Shown here: in pieces, positions 30,892 to 40,111 of the stretch | How the letters are laid out: each line of letters opens with the position of its first letter | Numbering within the stretch: the first letter of the stretch is position 1 | Source of the DNA: an uncultured cyanobacterium | GTDB taxonomy: Bacteria > Cyanobacteriota > Cyanobacteriia > CAKZMO01 | Direction of reading: 5' to 3' | NCBI GenBank assembly: GCA_963719515.1 | Contig: CAVRCJ010000001.1 | Coordinates: 96,001 to 160,000 of the forward strand | DNA length: 64,000 bases | Translations under genes and position numbers: made by a program | Notes under the pieces: generated by a model | Told to the model about the DNA's origin: nothing | Databases searched by the model: none | Seen by the model: the letters and a program-made list of their open reading frames with translations, nothing else

Positions 30892-31521
30892 ATGAACCTC
30901 TTAGCCCACCTTTGCTTGAGTCACCCCACGCCGGAGTCCTGGTTGGGGAACCTGATGGGCGATTTCATCAAAGGAACGCCTAAAGCAGAGCTGGGCGAGG
31001 GGCTGATTCGCGGCGTTAAGCGCCATCGCGCTATCGATACCTTCACCGATACTCACGCTATTGTGCGCCAAAGCAAACGCCTGATCAGCCCCGAGCGACG
31101 TCGCTTTGCAGGGATTATATTAGATGTAGGCTATGACTACTTCCTCTGCCGTCACTGGCAATCTTATAATCCGATGCCGTTAAGGGCTTTCGTTCAAGTG
31201 GTGTATACCGGGCTAGCCGCCCAGCTGCAGCAGCCTTCATCTCAGGTCGTGCCCCCTGCCTGCCGCCACTCAATTCAGCGGATGATTGCCGGGGATTGGC
31301 TGACATCCTATCAAACGCTGGCGGGCATTGGGATAGCGTTAGATCAAATATCTCAGAGATTGAAGCGGCAAAATACGCTTCGGGGCTCCGTGGAGGAGAT
31401 CCAGGAGAACGACGCTGCCCTAGACCAGTCTTTTCAGCAGTTTTTTCCGGAACTGATTCGACATGTGAACGGTCTCGATGAAGGGTATCGCGATGAAGGG
31501 CATACAGGGCCTCCTTCTTGA
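30892..31521 (+). CDS. acpH: ACP phosphodiesterase
   Basis: MNLLAHL, GNLMGDFIKG, HRAIDTFTD. Confidence 0.85.
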   Translation: MNLLAHLCLSHPTPESWLGNLMGDFIKGTPKAELGEGLIRGVKRHRAIDTFTDTHAIVRQSKRLISPERRRFAGIILDVGYDYFLCRHWQSYNPMPLRAFVQVVYTGLAAQLQQPSSQVVPPACRHSIQRMIAGDWLTSYQTLAGIGIALDQISQRLKRQNTLRGSVEEIQENDAALDQSFQQFFPELIRHVNGLDEGYRDEGHTGPPS

Positions 31522-31624
31522 GCCTTAGTCAATGGAAGCGTTTTTAGCTGTTTCCCCATCCATGCTCCCCTACAGCACGCTGCGGGGGGAGTTATGTCAA
31601 ACTTAAAGGGTCTGCCGGGCGTGC

Positions 31625-31638
31625 CATACTGTTGTACT
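31625..31638. promoter_or_regulatory. Putative cyanobacterial LexA box upstream of recN
   Basis: Minus strand AGTAC-AAC-AGTATG, one mismatch to RGTAC-N3-DGTWCB. Confidence 0.5.
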
Positions 31639-31669
31639 AAGCTTGGCGTAGCCGACCTATCGTCCCCCT

Positions 31670-33517
31670 ATGCTCATCTCCCTTCACGTTGAAAATTTTG
31701 CGCTGGTTGACTCGCTAGACCTGCTATTTGGCCCTGGGCTCAACGTGCTCACTGGAGAAACAGGGGCTGGAAAGTCGATTATTCTCGATGCGATCGATGC
31801 CGTTCTAGGTGGACGGGTGTCAGGGCGAATTGTGCGGGCCGGGGCCGAACGGGGGCTCATTGAGGCCCGCTTTGCCCTAGTGCCCGAGCTGGCTCAGTGG
31901 ATTGCTGAGCAAGAGATTGAGCCCGAGGAAGACGGGGTGATGATATGCCGTCGGGAGCTGACGGCGGGGCGGGGTGGGGTGCGCAACCGCTCGCGGATAA
32001 ACGGCATGCCGGTGAACAAGCCGCAAATCGAGTCCCTGCGTCAGCGGCTTGTGGAGATTACCGCCCAGGGGCAAACCGTGCAGCTCGGGGAGGCGGCCCT
32101 GCAGCGGCGATGGCTAGACGGATTCGGCGGACCAGAGCTACAGCGCCAGCTTGAAGCCGTAGCAGCAGCCTACAGCGCGGCTCAGGTGGCCCAAAAAGCG
32201 CTAGAGCAACGCCAGCAGCAAGACGCCCAGCGCCGGCAGCAGCTAGATCTATTTACCTTTCAGGCCAAAGAGCTGCAGGCTGCCAACCTCAACGACCCCG
32301 ACGAGATCGATAGCCTGGAGCAAGAGCGCAAGCGGCTGAGCCACGCGGTGGAACTGCAGCAGTACAGCTATCAGGCCTATCAGCTGCTCTACCAGGCCGA
32401 CGACGGCAGTGCGGCCTGCGCCGACCTGATGGGTCGGGCCCACGGCACCCTCACCGACATGGTGGAGTACGACACCACCATCGCCCCCCTATTGGAGATG
32501 CTCAACGAGGCGCTGGCGCAGGTGGAGGAGGCGGGGCGGCAAATCAACGCCTACGGGGAGGGGCTGGAGACCGACCCTCAGCGGCTCAGCGAGGTGGAAG
32601 AGCGTCTCGTGCAGCTCAAGCAAATTTGCCGTAAGTATGGCCCTACCTTAGGGGAAGCGATCGCCCGCGATCAGCAGCTGCAGGTGGAGCTAGAGGCTCT
32701 CAACGACGGGGGCCAGTCCCTAGAGGTGCTAGAAAAGGCGTATCGGGTCAAGCAGGCCAAGCTGGTCACTGAATGCCAGCAGCTCACCCAGCAGCGCCAG
32801 GCGGTGGGCCAAGATCTGCAAGGTCAAATTGTTGGCCAGCTTAAGCCGCTGGCGATGGACAAGGTGCAGTTTCAGGTGGAGGTGTCTCCTGTTTCTCCCA
32901 CCGCCAGCGGCGCAGATCGAATCACGTTTATGTTTAGCCCCAACCCTGGTGAGCCGCTGCAGCCGCTCTCGGAAACAGCTTCGGGCGGAGAAATGAGCCG
33001 CTTTTTGCTGGCGCTCAAGGTGTGCCTCTCTCAGGCAGACGCCGTGGGGACGATGATTTTTGACGAGATTGACGCCGGGGTGTCGGGTCGGGTGGCCCAG
33101 GCGATCGCCGAAAAGCTACACCAGCTCAGCTACCGTCACCAAGTGCTCTGCGTTACTCACCAGCCCATTGTGGCGGCCATGGCCGATAATCATTTTCACG
33201 TCAGTAAGACCCTGGTGGGGGATGAAGTAGCCGCTTCTCTCCCCTCGGCGGCCTCCGTAGGAACGAAGCGACGCTCGAAGAAGAGCGGGGCGAAAGCTAC
33301 CCCGGCTGCCGGCGCTGTCGATGCCGTCGACGGTGCGCCCAACGGGACCGTGCGCACCGTCGTGCGGGTGATGCCCTTAGACCAGGAGCAGCGCCGCGAA
33401 GAGTTAGCTCAGCTAGCGGGGGGCAAGTCTGACCAGGAGGCGATCGCCTTTGCCGAGTCTTTGCTCAACCAGGCGGATAAAACCCGTCAGGCGATGCAGG
33501 TGGCGGTTGGTCAGTGA
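31670..33517 (+). CDS. recN: DNA repair protein RecN
   Basis: TGETGAGKS, ASGGEMSR, FDEIDAGVSG, CVTHQP. Confidence 0.96.
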   Translation: MLISLHVENFALVDSLDLLFGPGLNVLTGETGAGKSIILDAIDAVLGGRVSGRIVRAGAERGLIEARFALVPELAQWIAEQEIEPEEDGVMICRRELTAGRGGVRNRSRINGMPVNKPQIESLRQRLVEITAQGQTVQLGEAALQRRWLDGFGGPELQRQLEAVAAAYSAAQVAQKALEQRQQQDAQRRQQLDLFTFQAKELQAANLNDPDEIDSLEQERKRLSHAVELQQYSYQAYQLLYQADDGSAACADLMGRAHGTLTDMVEYDTTIAPLLEMLNEALAQVEEAGRQINAYGEGLETDPQRLSEVEERLVQLKQICRKYGPTLGEAIARDQQLQVELEALNDGGQSLEVLEKAYRVKQAKLVTECQQLTQQRQAVGQDLQGQIVGQLKPLAMDKVQFQVEVSPVSPTASGADRITFMFSPNPGEPLQPLSETASGGEMSRFLLALKVCLSQADAVGTMIFDEIDAGVSGRVAQAIAEKLHQLSYRHQVLCVTHQPIVAAMADNHFHVSKTLVGDEVAASLPSAASVGTKRRSKKSGAKATPAAGAVDAVDGAPNGTVRTVVRVMPLDQEQRREELAQLAGGKSDQEAIAFAESLLNQADKTRQAMQVAVGQ

Positions 33518-33885
33518 AATCGAGCTCGGTTAAACAGAGCATTTAAAGGTGGCTTTGTCCGTGGACATGGAGAAGTCCGCGATTACTGGACGGAGCAGTG
33601 TAGCGAGATCGATGGGCAGGTCGAGCCAGTCAGCACAGGCGATCGCCATCACCCCACCGCAACAACTGTCACCCAGTGATGGGGGTTCTTCTCACGGTTC
33701 GCTATCGTCGAAGTAGCTCAGGTCTTGGCCCATCTACCCCGACCGCATCAACAACCCTGTGAAGACGGTATTACTACCGTTGGGTTACCCCGACCGGGTA
33801 CTGAGCAACTCGGGCAACGGTAAGGCAAACTTGAAGGGAAGCCCCCTCACCGCTGTCCACATTAATCCGTCGCGAGGATATCACT

Positions 33886-35208
33886 GTGCTGGAGTTACGC
33901 CGCTTTTATCGGGCCTGTAATCCCACAAGAACGTTAAAGGTTGAAGATCCGCAGGATCGAAAATACTACATCGACTTTTCTCCCGTGCGCGGCAGCGACC
34001 TCATCCGCGAGCTGCGGCGCATGATTACCGTTTTGGCCACTGACGAACCCACCTGTCAATTGTTCACGGGTCACATTGGCTGCGGCAAATCTACCGAGCT
34101 GCTGCGGCTAAAGGCAGAGCTAGAGGGAGAGGGCTTCCACGCCGTGTACTTTGAGTCGAGCCGCGATTTGGATCTGGCCGATATCGACGTCACCGACATT
34201 TTGCTCGCCATCGCTCAGCGGGTGAGCGCCAGCCTGGAGGCCATCGGCATTCATCTGCGTCCCCGCTACTTTGCCAACCTGTTTGAGGAAGTCTCCGCAT
34301 TTCTCAAGACCCCGGTGAGCCTCGATGTAGAAGCCGAACTCTCTTTAGGCATCGGCAAAATCACCGCTCAAACCCGCGAGAGCCCCCGACTGCGCGATCG
34401 CCTGCGGCAGTATCTAGAGCCCCGCACCAGCAGCATTCTAGAGGCCATTAACGCTGAGCTGTTCACTCGGGCGAATCAGGAGCTGAAGAAGCGGGGCCTC
34501 CGGGGTCTGGTGGTGATTGTCGATAACCTAGACCGGGTGGATAGCTCCCTGAAGCCCTCGGGGCGATCGCAGCCGGAGTATCTGTTTGTAGACCGGGGAG
34601 ACCAGCTGAAGCAGCTCAACTGCCACGTAGTGTATACCATCCCCCTGGTGCTAGTGTTCTCCAACGAGCTGGGGCGGCTGATTAACCGGTTTGGCGTTGA
34701 CCCCAAGGTGTTGCCGATGGTGCCGGGGCGGTTGCCCGACGGCCAGCCCTGTGAGCCGGGGCTAGCGCTGCTGCGGCAAATGGTGCTGGCGCGGGCGTTT
34801 CCTGACGACTCACCCGAAGTGCGGCTGAGCCGGGTTCCTGAGGTGTTTGACAGCGTCGATACCCTCAATCGCCTGTGCAGCATCAGCGGCGGCCACGTCC
34901 GCAATCTGCTGGTGCTGCTCAACCGCTGTCTACAGCAAGAAGACCCCCCCATCTCTCGGGCCTGCTTAGAGAGCATTATTGCCCAGCGCCGCAACGAGCT
35001 GAGCCTAGCCATCACGGGGGATGAATGGCCCCTGCTGCAAAAGATTATGCAAAAGCGTCAGGACGTCCGGGGCGAGGAGGCCTACAAGCTGCTGCTGCGC
35101 AGCCTGTTTGTGTTTGAATACCGCCACGACGGCCAGCTGTGGAACGACATTAACCCCATCCTGGCGGAAACCCAAGAGGTGCAGGCATGGCTAGCCTCCA
35201 GCAGATAG
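33886..35208 (+). CDS. P-loop ATP-binding protein (AAA-like)
   Basis: GHIGCGKST Walker A, VIVDNLDR Walker B; overlaps the next gene. Confidence 0.85.
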   Translation: MLELRRFYRACNPTRTLKVEDPQDRKYYIDFSPVRGSDLIRELRRMITVLATDEPTCQLFTGHIGCGKSTELLRLKAELEGEGFHAVYFESSRDLDLADIDVTDILLAIAQRVSASLEAIGIHLRPRYFANLFEEVSAFLKTPVSLDVEAELSLGIGKITAQTRESPRLRDRLRQYLEPRTSSILEAINAELFTRANQELKKRGLRGLVVIVDNLDRVDSSLKPSGRSQPEYLFVDRGDQLKQLNCHVVYTIPLVLVFSNELGRLINRFGVDPKVLPMVPGRLPDGQPCEPGLALLRQMVLARAFPDDSPEVRLSRVPEVFDSVDTLNRLCSISGGHVRNLLVLLNRCLQQEDPPISRACLESIIAQRRNELSLAITGDEWPLLQKIMQKRQDVRGEEAYKLLLRSLFVFEYRHDGQLWNDINPILAETQEVQAWLASSR

Positions 35209-38200
35209 TCGAAGCCGACCGCTACAACTGGCAGGCGGTCAATAAAGTAGTGCGGGTAGTGGAGCTAGTGCCAGAGGAGTTCTCCCTGGTGCTGGCCCAC
35301 TGCAACTATGCCGACCTCCAGCACACGATGCTGGACTGGATCCATCGCGCTTGCCCTGTACCGGTGCAAACGGTGCATCTCAAGCCCGCTAGCCAAACGA
35401 TGCTGACGGCCCTCCAGCAGGCGATCGCCCGCGGCAGGGAGACGCCTCAAGCGCTGATGGTAACGGGGCTGGAGTCGGTTTCTCGCTTAGACCAGCTGCT
35501 GAAAGCGACCAACCAGGTGCGGGATGAGTTTCGCAAATGTTTTCCCTTCCCGGTCGTCCTGTGGGTGAACGACGACGTCCTGCGGCAGATGATCCGGCTG
35601 GCGCCCGACTTCCAGAGCTGGGCCACCACCATCGACTTTCAGCCGGCCACCACCCAGCTCCTGAACGCCCTGACCTGGGGAGAGGAGCAGCTGTTTGACC
35701 AGGTGTTAGAGGCGGGGGTCGGGCGCTTTTTGAGCAACACCGACATCTTTGGGAGTCGCTACCAGGCAGAGCTGATGGCGGCGCTGCGAGACTTAGAGCG
35801 CCGGCAGGTGGCACCTGACCCAGCGCTGCAGGCGAGTTTAGAGTTTCTGCTGGGACGAGAGGCCTATGCCACCCACCAGCTAGCGGAGGCTGACGAACGC
35901 TACAGCCGCAGCCTAGAGTTTTGGCAGCAGACAGAGGACTGGCAGCGGCAGGGGTGTTTACTCTACAGCCTGGGGCTGATGTGGCGCACCTGGGCAGAGC
36001 ACAACCGCCCCGAACACCGTCAGGCCTGTGAGCGGGCGCAAAGCTACTTTCAGCGGTGCATCGACACCTTTGAATCGGCCCATAGCCCCGACTGCACGGC
36101 CAAGTTTATCAACGCCTTGGGAGAGGTGCTGCAGCGACTCAAGCAGTGGGATGAGCTAGAGCGGGTGGCTCAGCGGGCCGTGGTGCTGCAGCGCTATTAC
36201 CGAGCGCCGTTTCGGCTAGCGCGGGCCTACGGATTTCTCAGCGAGGTTGCCCTGGCGCGAAAAGACTGGCCCGAGGCGAAAACCTTGGCGGAACGGGCGA
36301 TCGCGAACCTGGAACAGGCGCTAAAGCCGGCCAGCGACCTCAGCTCGGGCCAAAGAGCTGACCAAGACTGGGAGCGGGCCTTTCACCAGGGGTGGTATCT
36401 GCTGGCCCAGGCGCGATCGCTGCTAGCGCTGCAGGAAGTGCCGCCGGCCATTGAGAGCCTAGAAAAAGCGCGGCGGGAAACCAACCCCCAGTACGACCCC
36501 GAGCTGTATATCCGAATTCTCAATCAGCTGCGGCTCGTGTATTTTCAGCAGGGCCGTTATCTAGACGCCTTCAAAATTCGCCAGACCCGCCGCGCCATAG
36601 AATATCAGTTTGGCTTCCGGGCCTTTTTGGGGGCGACCCGTTTGCAGCCCAAGCAGGCGATTACCAATCCGGCCATTGCCCATCCCTCAGAGCAAGTGCA
36701 GGCTCACGAGCTAGCCGCATCGGGGCGGCAGGCCGATATTGACCGCTTGGTGGCTAGGCTGGGGCGCAACGACAATCGGCTCACGGTCCTCTACGGCCAG
36801 TCGGGAGTGGGGAAAAGCTCCATTCTAGTCGCCGGCCTAATTCCCACACTCAAGCGAACCACAATCAAGTCCCGAGGCGTTCTGCCTGTGCTGCACCAGG
36901 TGTACACAGACTGGACAGAGAACCTGCACGAAGCCCTGCTGCAAGCGATGGGAGAGCAGCGTATCCCCTTAGAAGAATCGTCAGAACTGAGCACCCTGGG
37001 TCAGCTGGCCCTCAACGACGATCGCAACTTGACGACGGTCTTGATCTTCGACCAGTTTGAAGAATTTTACTCGGCCTGCAAGCATCCCCATCAGCGCCGA
37101 GACTTTTACCTGTTTCTCAAACGCTGCCTCAACATCCCCTACGTCAAAGTGGTGTTGTCCCTGCGGGAAGACTACCTCCACTACCTGCTCGAAGTGACCC
37201 GCTTTGTCACGCTTGACGTGATCAACAACAACATTCTTGATCAACAGATTCTCTACTACATCGGCAACTTTTCCCGCGAAGAAGCGAAGTCGGTCATCTA
37301 CCGGCTTACAGAACGCACCCCCTTCTCTTTGGAACCTGACCTAATTAACGCCCTTGTTGACGATTTAGCGCAGGAGCTGAATCAGGTGAGCCCCATCGAG
37401 CTGCAGGTGGTGGGGGCGCAGCTGCAGATTGACGAGATCACCACCCTGCAGGCCTACCGTGAGCAGGGGCCAAAAACCGAACTGGTGAGACGCTATGTGG
37501 ACGCGGCGGTGGAAAACTGCGGCCCCGAGAACCAGCAATTAGCGAAGCAGATTCTTTATTTCCTCACCGAGGACCAGGGCACTCGCCCTCTGAAAACGCG
37601 CACCGAGCTGGCGGAAGAGGCCGAAGTCGACAAGAATCAGCTCGCCCCCGTCCTCCATATCTTGGTGGGGGCGGGCCTAGTGTTCGAGCTGCCCAGCGCC
37701 TCCATTCGCTACTACCAGCTCGTCCACGACTATTTGGTCCCTTTTATTCGTCAAGAGCAAACCCCGGAGCTGCTGACCGAGCTGCGGCAGACCAAAGCCC
37801 AGCTCAAGCAAGCCCTCTACAAAGAGCAGCAGGAGCGGCGGCGGGCCGAGATGGCCGAGATCAAGGTGCTCAATGCCCTGTCGCAGGCGCTCTTGCTGTC
37901 CCACGACCATCTGGGAGCCCTGCTCTCTAGCGTTAAAGCAGGACGCAAGCTACTCAAGGCCGCAGGCGGTGCCCCCGCCGATATTCAGCGTCAAACGCGG
38001 GAGCGGCTGTGGCATACGCTCAATCAAATTCGAGAGGTCAACCGCTTTTCTGGCCACAGCGCCTCGGTGTTCGACATCGAGTTTAGCCCCGACGGACAGA
38101 TCCTCGCCTCGGCCAGCGCCGACCATACGGTCCGGCTGTGGACTCTGGAGGGAGAGCCTGCGGCGGTGTGCAGCGGCCATTGGGACCAGGTCCACAGCGT

Positions 38201-39929
38201 CAAGTTTAGCCCCGACGGGCAGCTCCTCGCCTCGGCCAGCGCCGACCGGACGGTGCGGCTGTGGCGACGGGATGGGGTACCGGTGCGGACGCTGAAAGGC
38301 CACGGCGATCGCGTTTTTAGCCTGTGCTTTAGCCCTGACGGTAAGCGGCTCGCCTCGGGCGGGGAAGACGGGGTGCTGCGGCTGTGGGACAGCCAAGGCG
38401 ATCTGCTTAAAGCCTTTCGCCCCGGCGTGGCCATCTACACGGTTTGCTTTAGCCCCAGCGGCAGGGTGCTAGCCACCGCTTGCGAGGGGGGAAAGATTCG
38501 CCTATGGCACGCTAACGGCACCCTGCTAGCGGAGGTGAAAGGCCATGAGGGCCGCGTCTTTAACCTGGTCTACAGCGCCGATGGCCAGATTCTGGTTTCT
38601 ACCGGTGAGGATGGCACCGTCAAATTTTGGAGCCCCGACGGTATCCTCACCGGTATCCTCCATCAGCATGGAACCCCCGGCTACGGGGTCTGCTTTAGCC
38701 CTGACAACCAGCTGCTGGCCCTCACTAGCGCTGACCATACGGTGCGCCTGTGCAATATTTTGGGGCAAACCATCGCCCAGTTTCAGGGACACAACAGCTC
38801 GGTATATGGCCTCAGCTTTAGCCCCGACGGGCGTCTACTGGCTTCTGCAGGAGAGGACAGAACCATTCGCCTTTGGGGATTAGACGGGCTAGGGCTGTAT
38901 GTGGACCAGGGCCACCGCCACAGGGTGCTCGACGCCAGCCTTTACGACAGCAATCTAGCCACTGCTGGGGAAGATGGCACCGTGAAGCTGTGGCAGCTCA
39001 ATGGTGAGCTTGTGAGAACCTTCCACGGCCACGAATCCCTGGTGCGCAGCGTCAGCATCAGTCCCGACGGCACTTTGATCGCCTCTGCCAGTAACGATCA
39101 AACCGTGCGGCTGTGGCGCATAGATGGCTCCCTGCTGCAGGTGTTTGACGAGCACTACAACGGGGTCCGCCACGTCAGCTTTAGCCCCGACGGACAGCTG
39201 CTGATCTCAGCGGGGAACGATCGCATCCTGCGGCTGTGGCGACTGGACGGCTCGCTGGTGACCTCGCTTTATGGCCACAGTGCCCGCATTATGAGTGTGA
39301 GCATGAGCCCCGATGGCACCAAAATAGCGGCGGCCAGCGGCAGAACGATATATCTGTGGCGGCCAGCGGGAGATGCCATCGCGACCCTGCAAGGTCACGA
39401 CGCCCGCGTACTGGACGTACAGTTTAGCCCTGACGGGCATCAGTTCGCCTCTGCTAGCGCTGATGGTACCGTGAAGCTGTGGTCTCAGCATGGCGCGCTG
39501 CTCAAGACGTTTCGCGGCCACGAGGCGCGGGTGCGGGGGGTACGTTTTACCCCAGACGGGATGCATTTAGTCTCCTACAGCGCCGACCGGACGGTGCGGC
39601 TGTGGCGGCTGGGCGGCAGCGCTGCGCGAGTGCTGCGGGCACAGCGGTCGGCCATTTGCTATGTCAAAATCTCTGCCGAGGGCCGGCTGGTGGTGGTCGA
39701 AGAGGGGGGATGCGTGAGGGGCTGGAAGATGGCGGTGCTGCTGAGCCAGTCTGATACGGTAGAACCGCTGTTTGAGTTTAACCTCAACGGCCTGCCCGCA
39801 CCGTCGCGGCAAGCCGAGGCGAGCCTCAGCGAGCTGCTGGCAGACGGCTGCCTGTGGCTAGAGGGCTACCTGCGCCACAATGTCCACGTGGCTGAGGGCG
39901 ATCGCGATATCTGCCGCGGGTTTATGTAG
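35187..39929 (+). CDS. TPR-like + STAND NTPase + WD40 repeat protein
   Basis: GQSGVGKSS, IFDQFEE, LVHDYL, ~14 WD40 repeats. Confidence 0.88.
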   Translation: MASLQQIVEADRYNWQAVNKVVRVVELVPEEFSLVLAHCNYADLQHTMLDWIHRACPVPVQTVHLKPASQTMLTALQQAIARGRETPQALMVTGLESVSRLDQLLKATNQVRDEFRKCFPFPVVLWVNDDVLRQMIRLAPDFQSWATTIDFQPATTQLLNALTWGEEQLFDQVLEAGVGRFLSNTDIFGSRYQAELMAALRDLERRQVAPDPALQASLEFLLGREAYATHQLAEADERYSRSLEFWQQTEDWQRQGCLLYSLGLMWRTWAEHNRPEHRQACERAQSYFQRCIDTFESAHSPDCTAKFINALGEVLQRLKQWDELERVAQRAVVLQRYYRAPFRLARAYGFLSEVALARKDWPEAKTLAERAIANLEQALKPASDLSSGQRADQDWERAFHQGWYLLAQARSLLALQEVPPAIESLEKARRETNPQYDPELYIRILNQLRLVYFQQGRYLDAFKIRQTRRAIEYQFGFRAFLGATRLQPKQAITNPAIAHPSEQVQAHELAASGRQADIDRLVARLGRNDNRLTVLYGQSGVGKSSILVAGLIPTLKRTTIKSRGVLPVLHQVYTDWTENLHEALLQAMGEQRIPLEESSELSTLGQLALNDDRNLTTVLIFDQFEEFYSACKHPHQRRDFYLFLKRCLNIPYVKVVLSLREDYLHYLLEVTRFVTLDVINNNILDQQILYYIGNFSREEAKSVIYRLTERTPFSLEPDLINALVDDLAQELNQVSPIELQVVGAQLQIDEITTLQAYREQGPKTELVRRYVDAAVENCGPENQQLAKQILYFLTEDQGTRPLKTRTELAEEAEVDKNQLAPVLHILVGAGLVFELPSASIRYYQLVHDYLVPFIRQEQTPELLTELRQTKAQLKQALYKEQQERRRAEMAEIKVLNALSQALLLSHDHLGALLSSVKAGRKLLKAAGGAPADIQRQTRERLWHTLNQIREVNRFSGHSASVFDIEFSPDGQILASASADHTVRLWTLEGEPAAVCSGHWDQVHSVKFSPDGQLLASASADRTVRLWRRDGVPVRTLKGHGDRVFSLCFSPDGKRLASGGEDGVLRLWDSQGDLLKAFRPGVAIYTVCFSPSGRVLATACEGGKIRLWHANGTLLAEVKGHEGRVFNLVYSADGQILVSTGEDGTVKFWSPDGILTGILHQHGTPGYGVCFSPDNQLLALTSADHTVRLCNILGQTIAQFQGHNSSVYGLSFSPDGRLLASAGEDRTIRLWGLDGLGLYVDQGHRHRVLDASLYDSNLATAGEDGTVKLWQLNGELVRTFHGHESLVRSVSISPDGTLIASASNDQTVRLWRIDGSLLQVFDEHYNGVRHVSFSPDGQLLISAGNDRILRLWRLDGSLVTSLYGHSARIMSVSMSPDGTKIAAASGRTIYLWRPAGDAIATLQGHDARVLDVQFSPDGHQFASASADGTVKLWSQHGALLKTFRGHEARVRGVRFTPDGMHLVSYSADRTVRLWRLGGSAARVLRAQRSAICYVKISAEGRLVVVEEGGCVRGWKMAVLLSQSDTVEPLFEFNLNGLPAPSRQAEASLSELLADGCLWLEGYLRHNVHVAEGDRDICRGFM

Positions 39930-40111
39930 CCGAATTCGCTGCCGCTGCGTAAAAGTTACTCCCACCACATCCATGGGAATTCTTGATCTATAATCGGTCA
40001 TTAATTTCTTCTCAAGCTACCGGTTAGAGCCCGCATCGACCGATTCGCGATACCTTATCATCTGCGATCGCTTTCTCTATAAGCTCACTTTATTCCATAG
40101 ACGCATCAACA

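Noticed and set aside
33210..33350. Low-complexity insertion in the RecN C-terminus
   Set aside because: In-frame variable loop with no intein motifs.
38040..39620. WD40 nucleotide repeats as a DGR template/variable pair
   Set aside because: Ordinary protein repeats; no reverse transcriptase and no adenine-specific mismatch pair seen.
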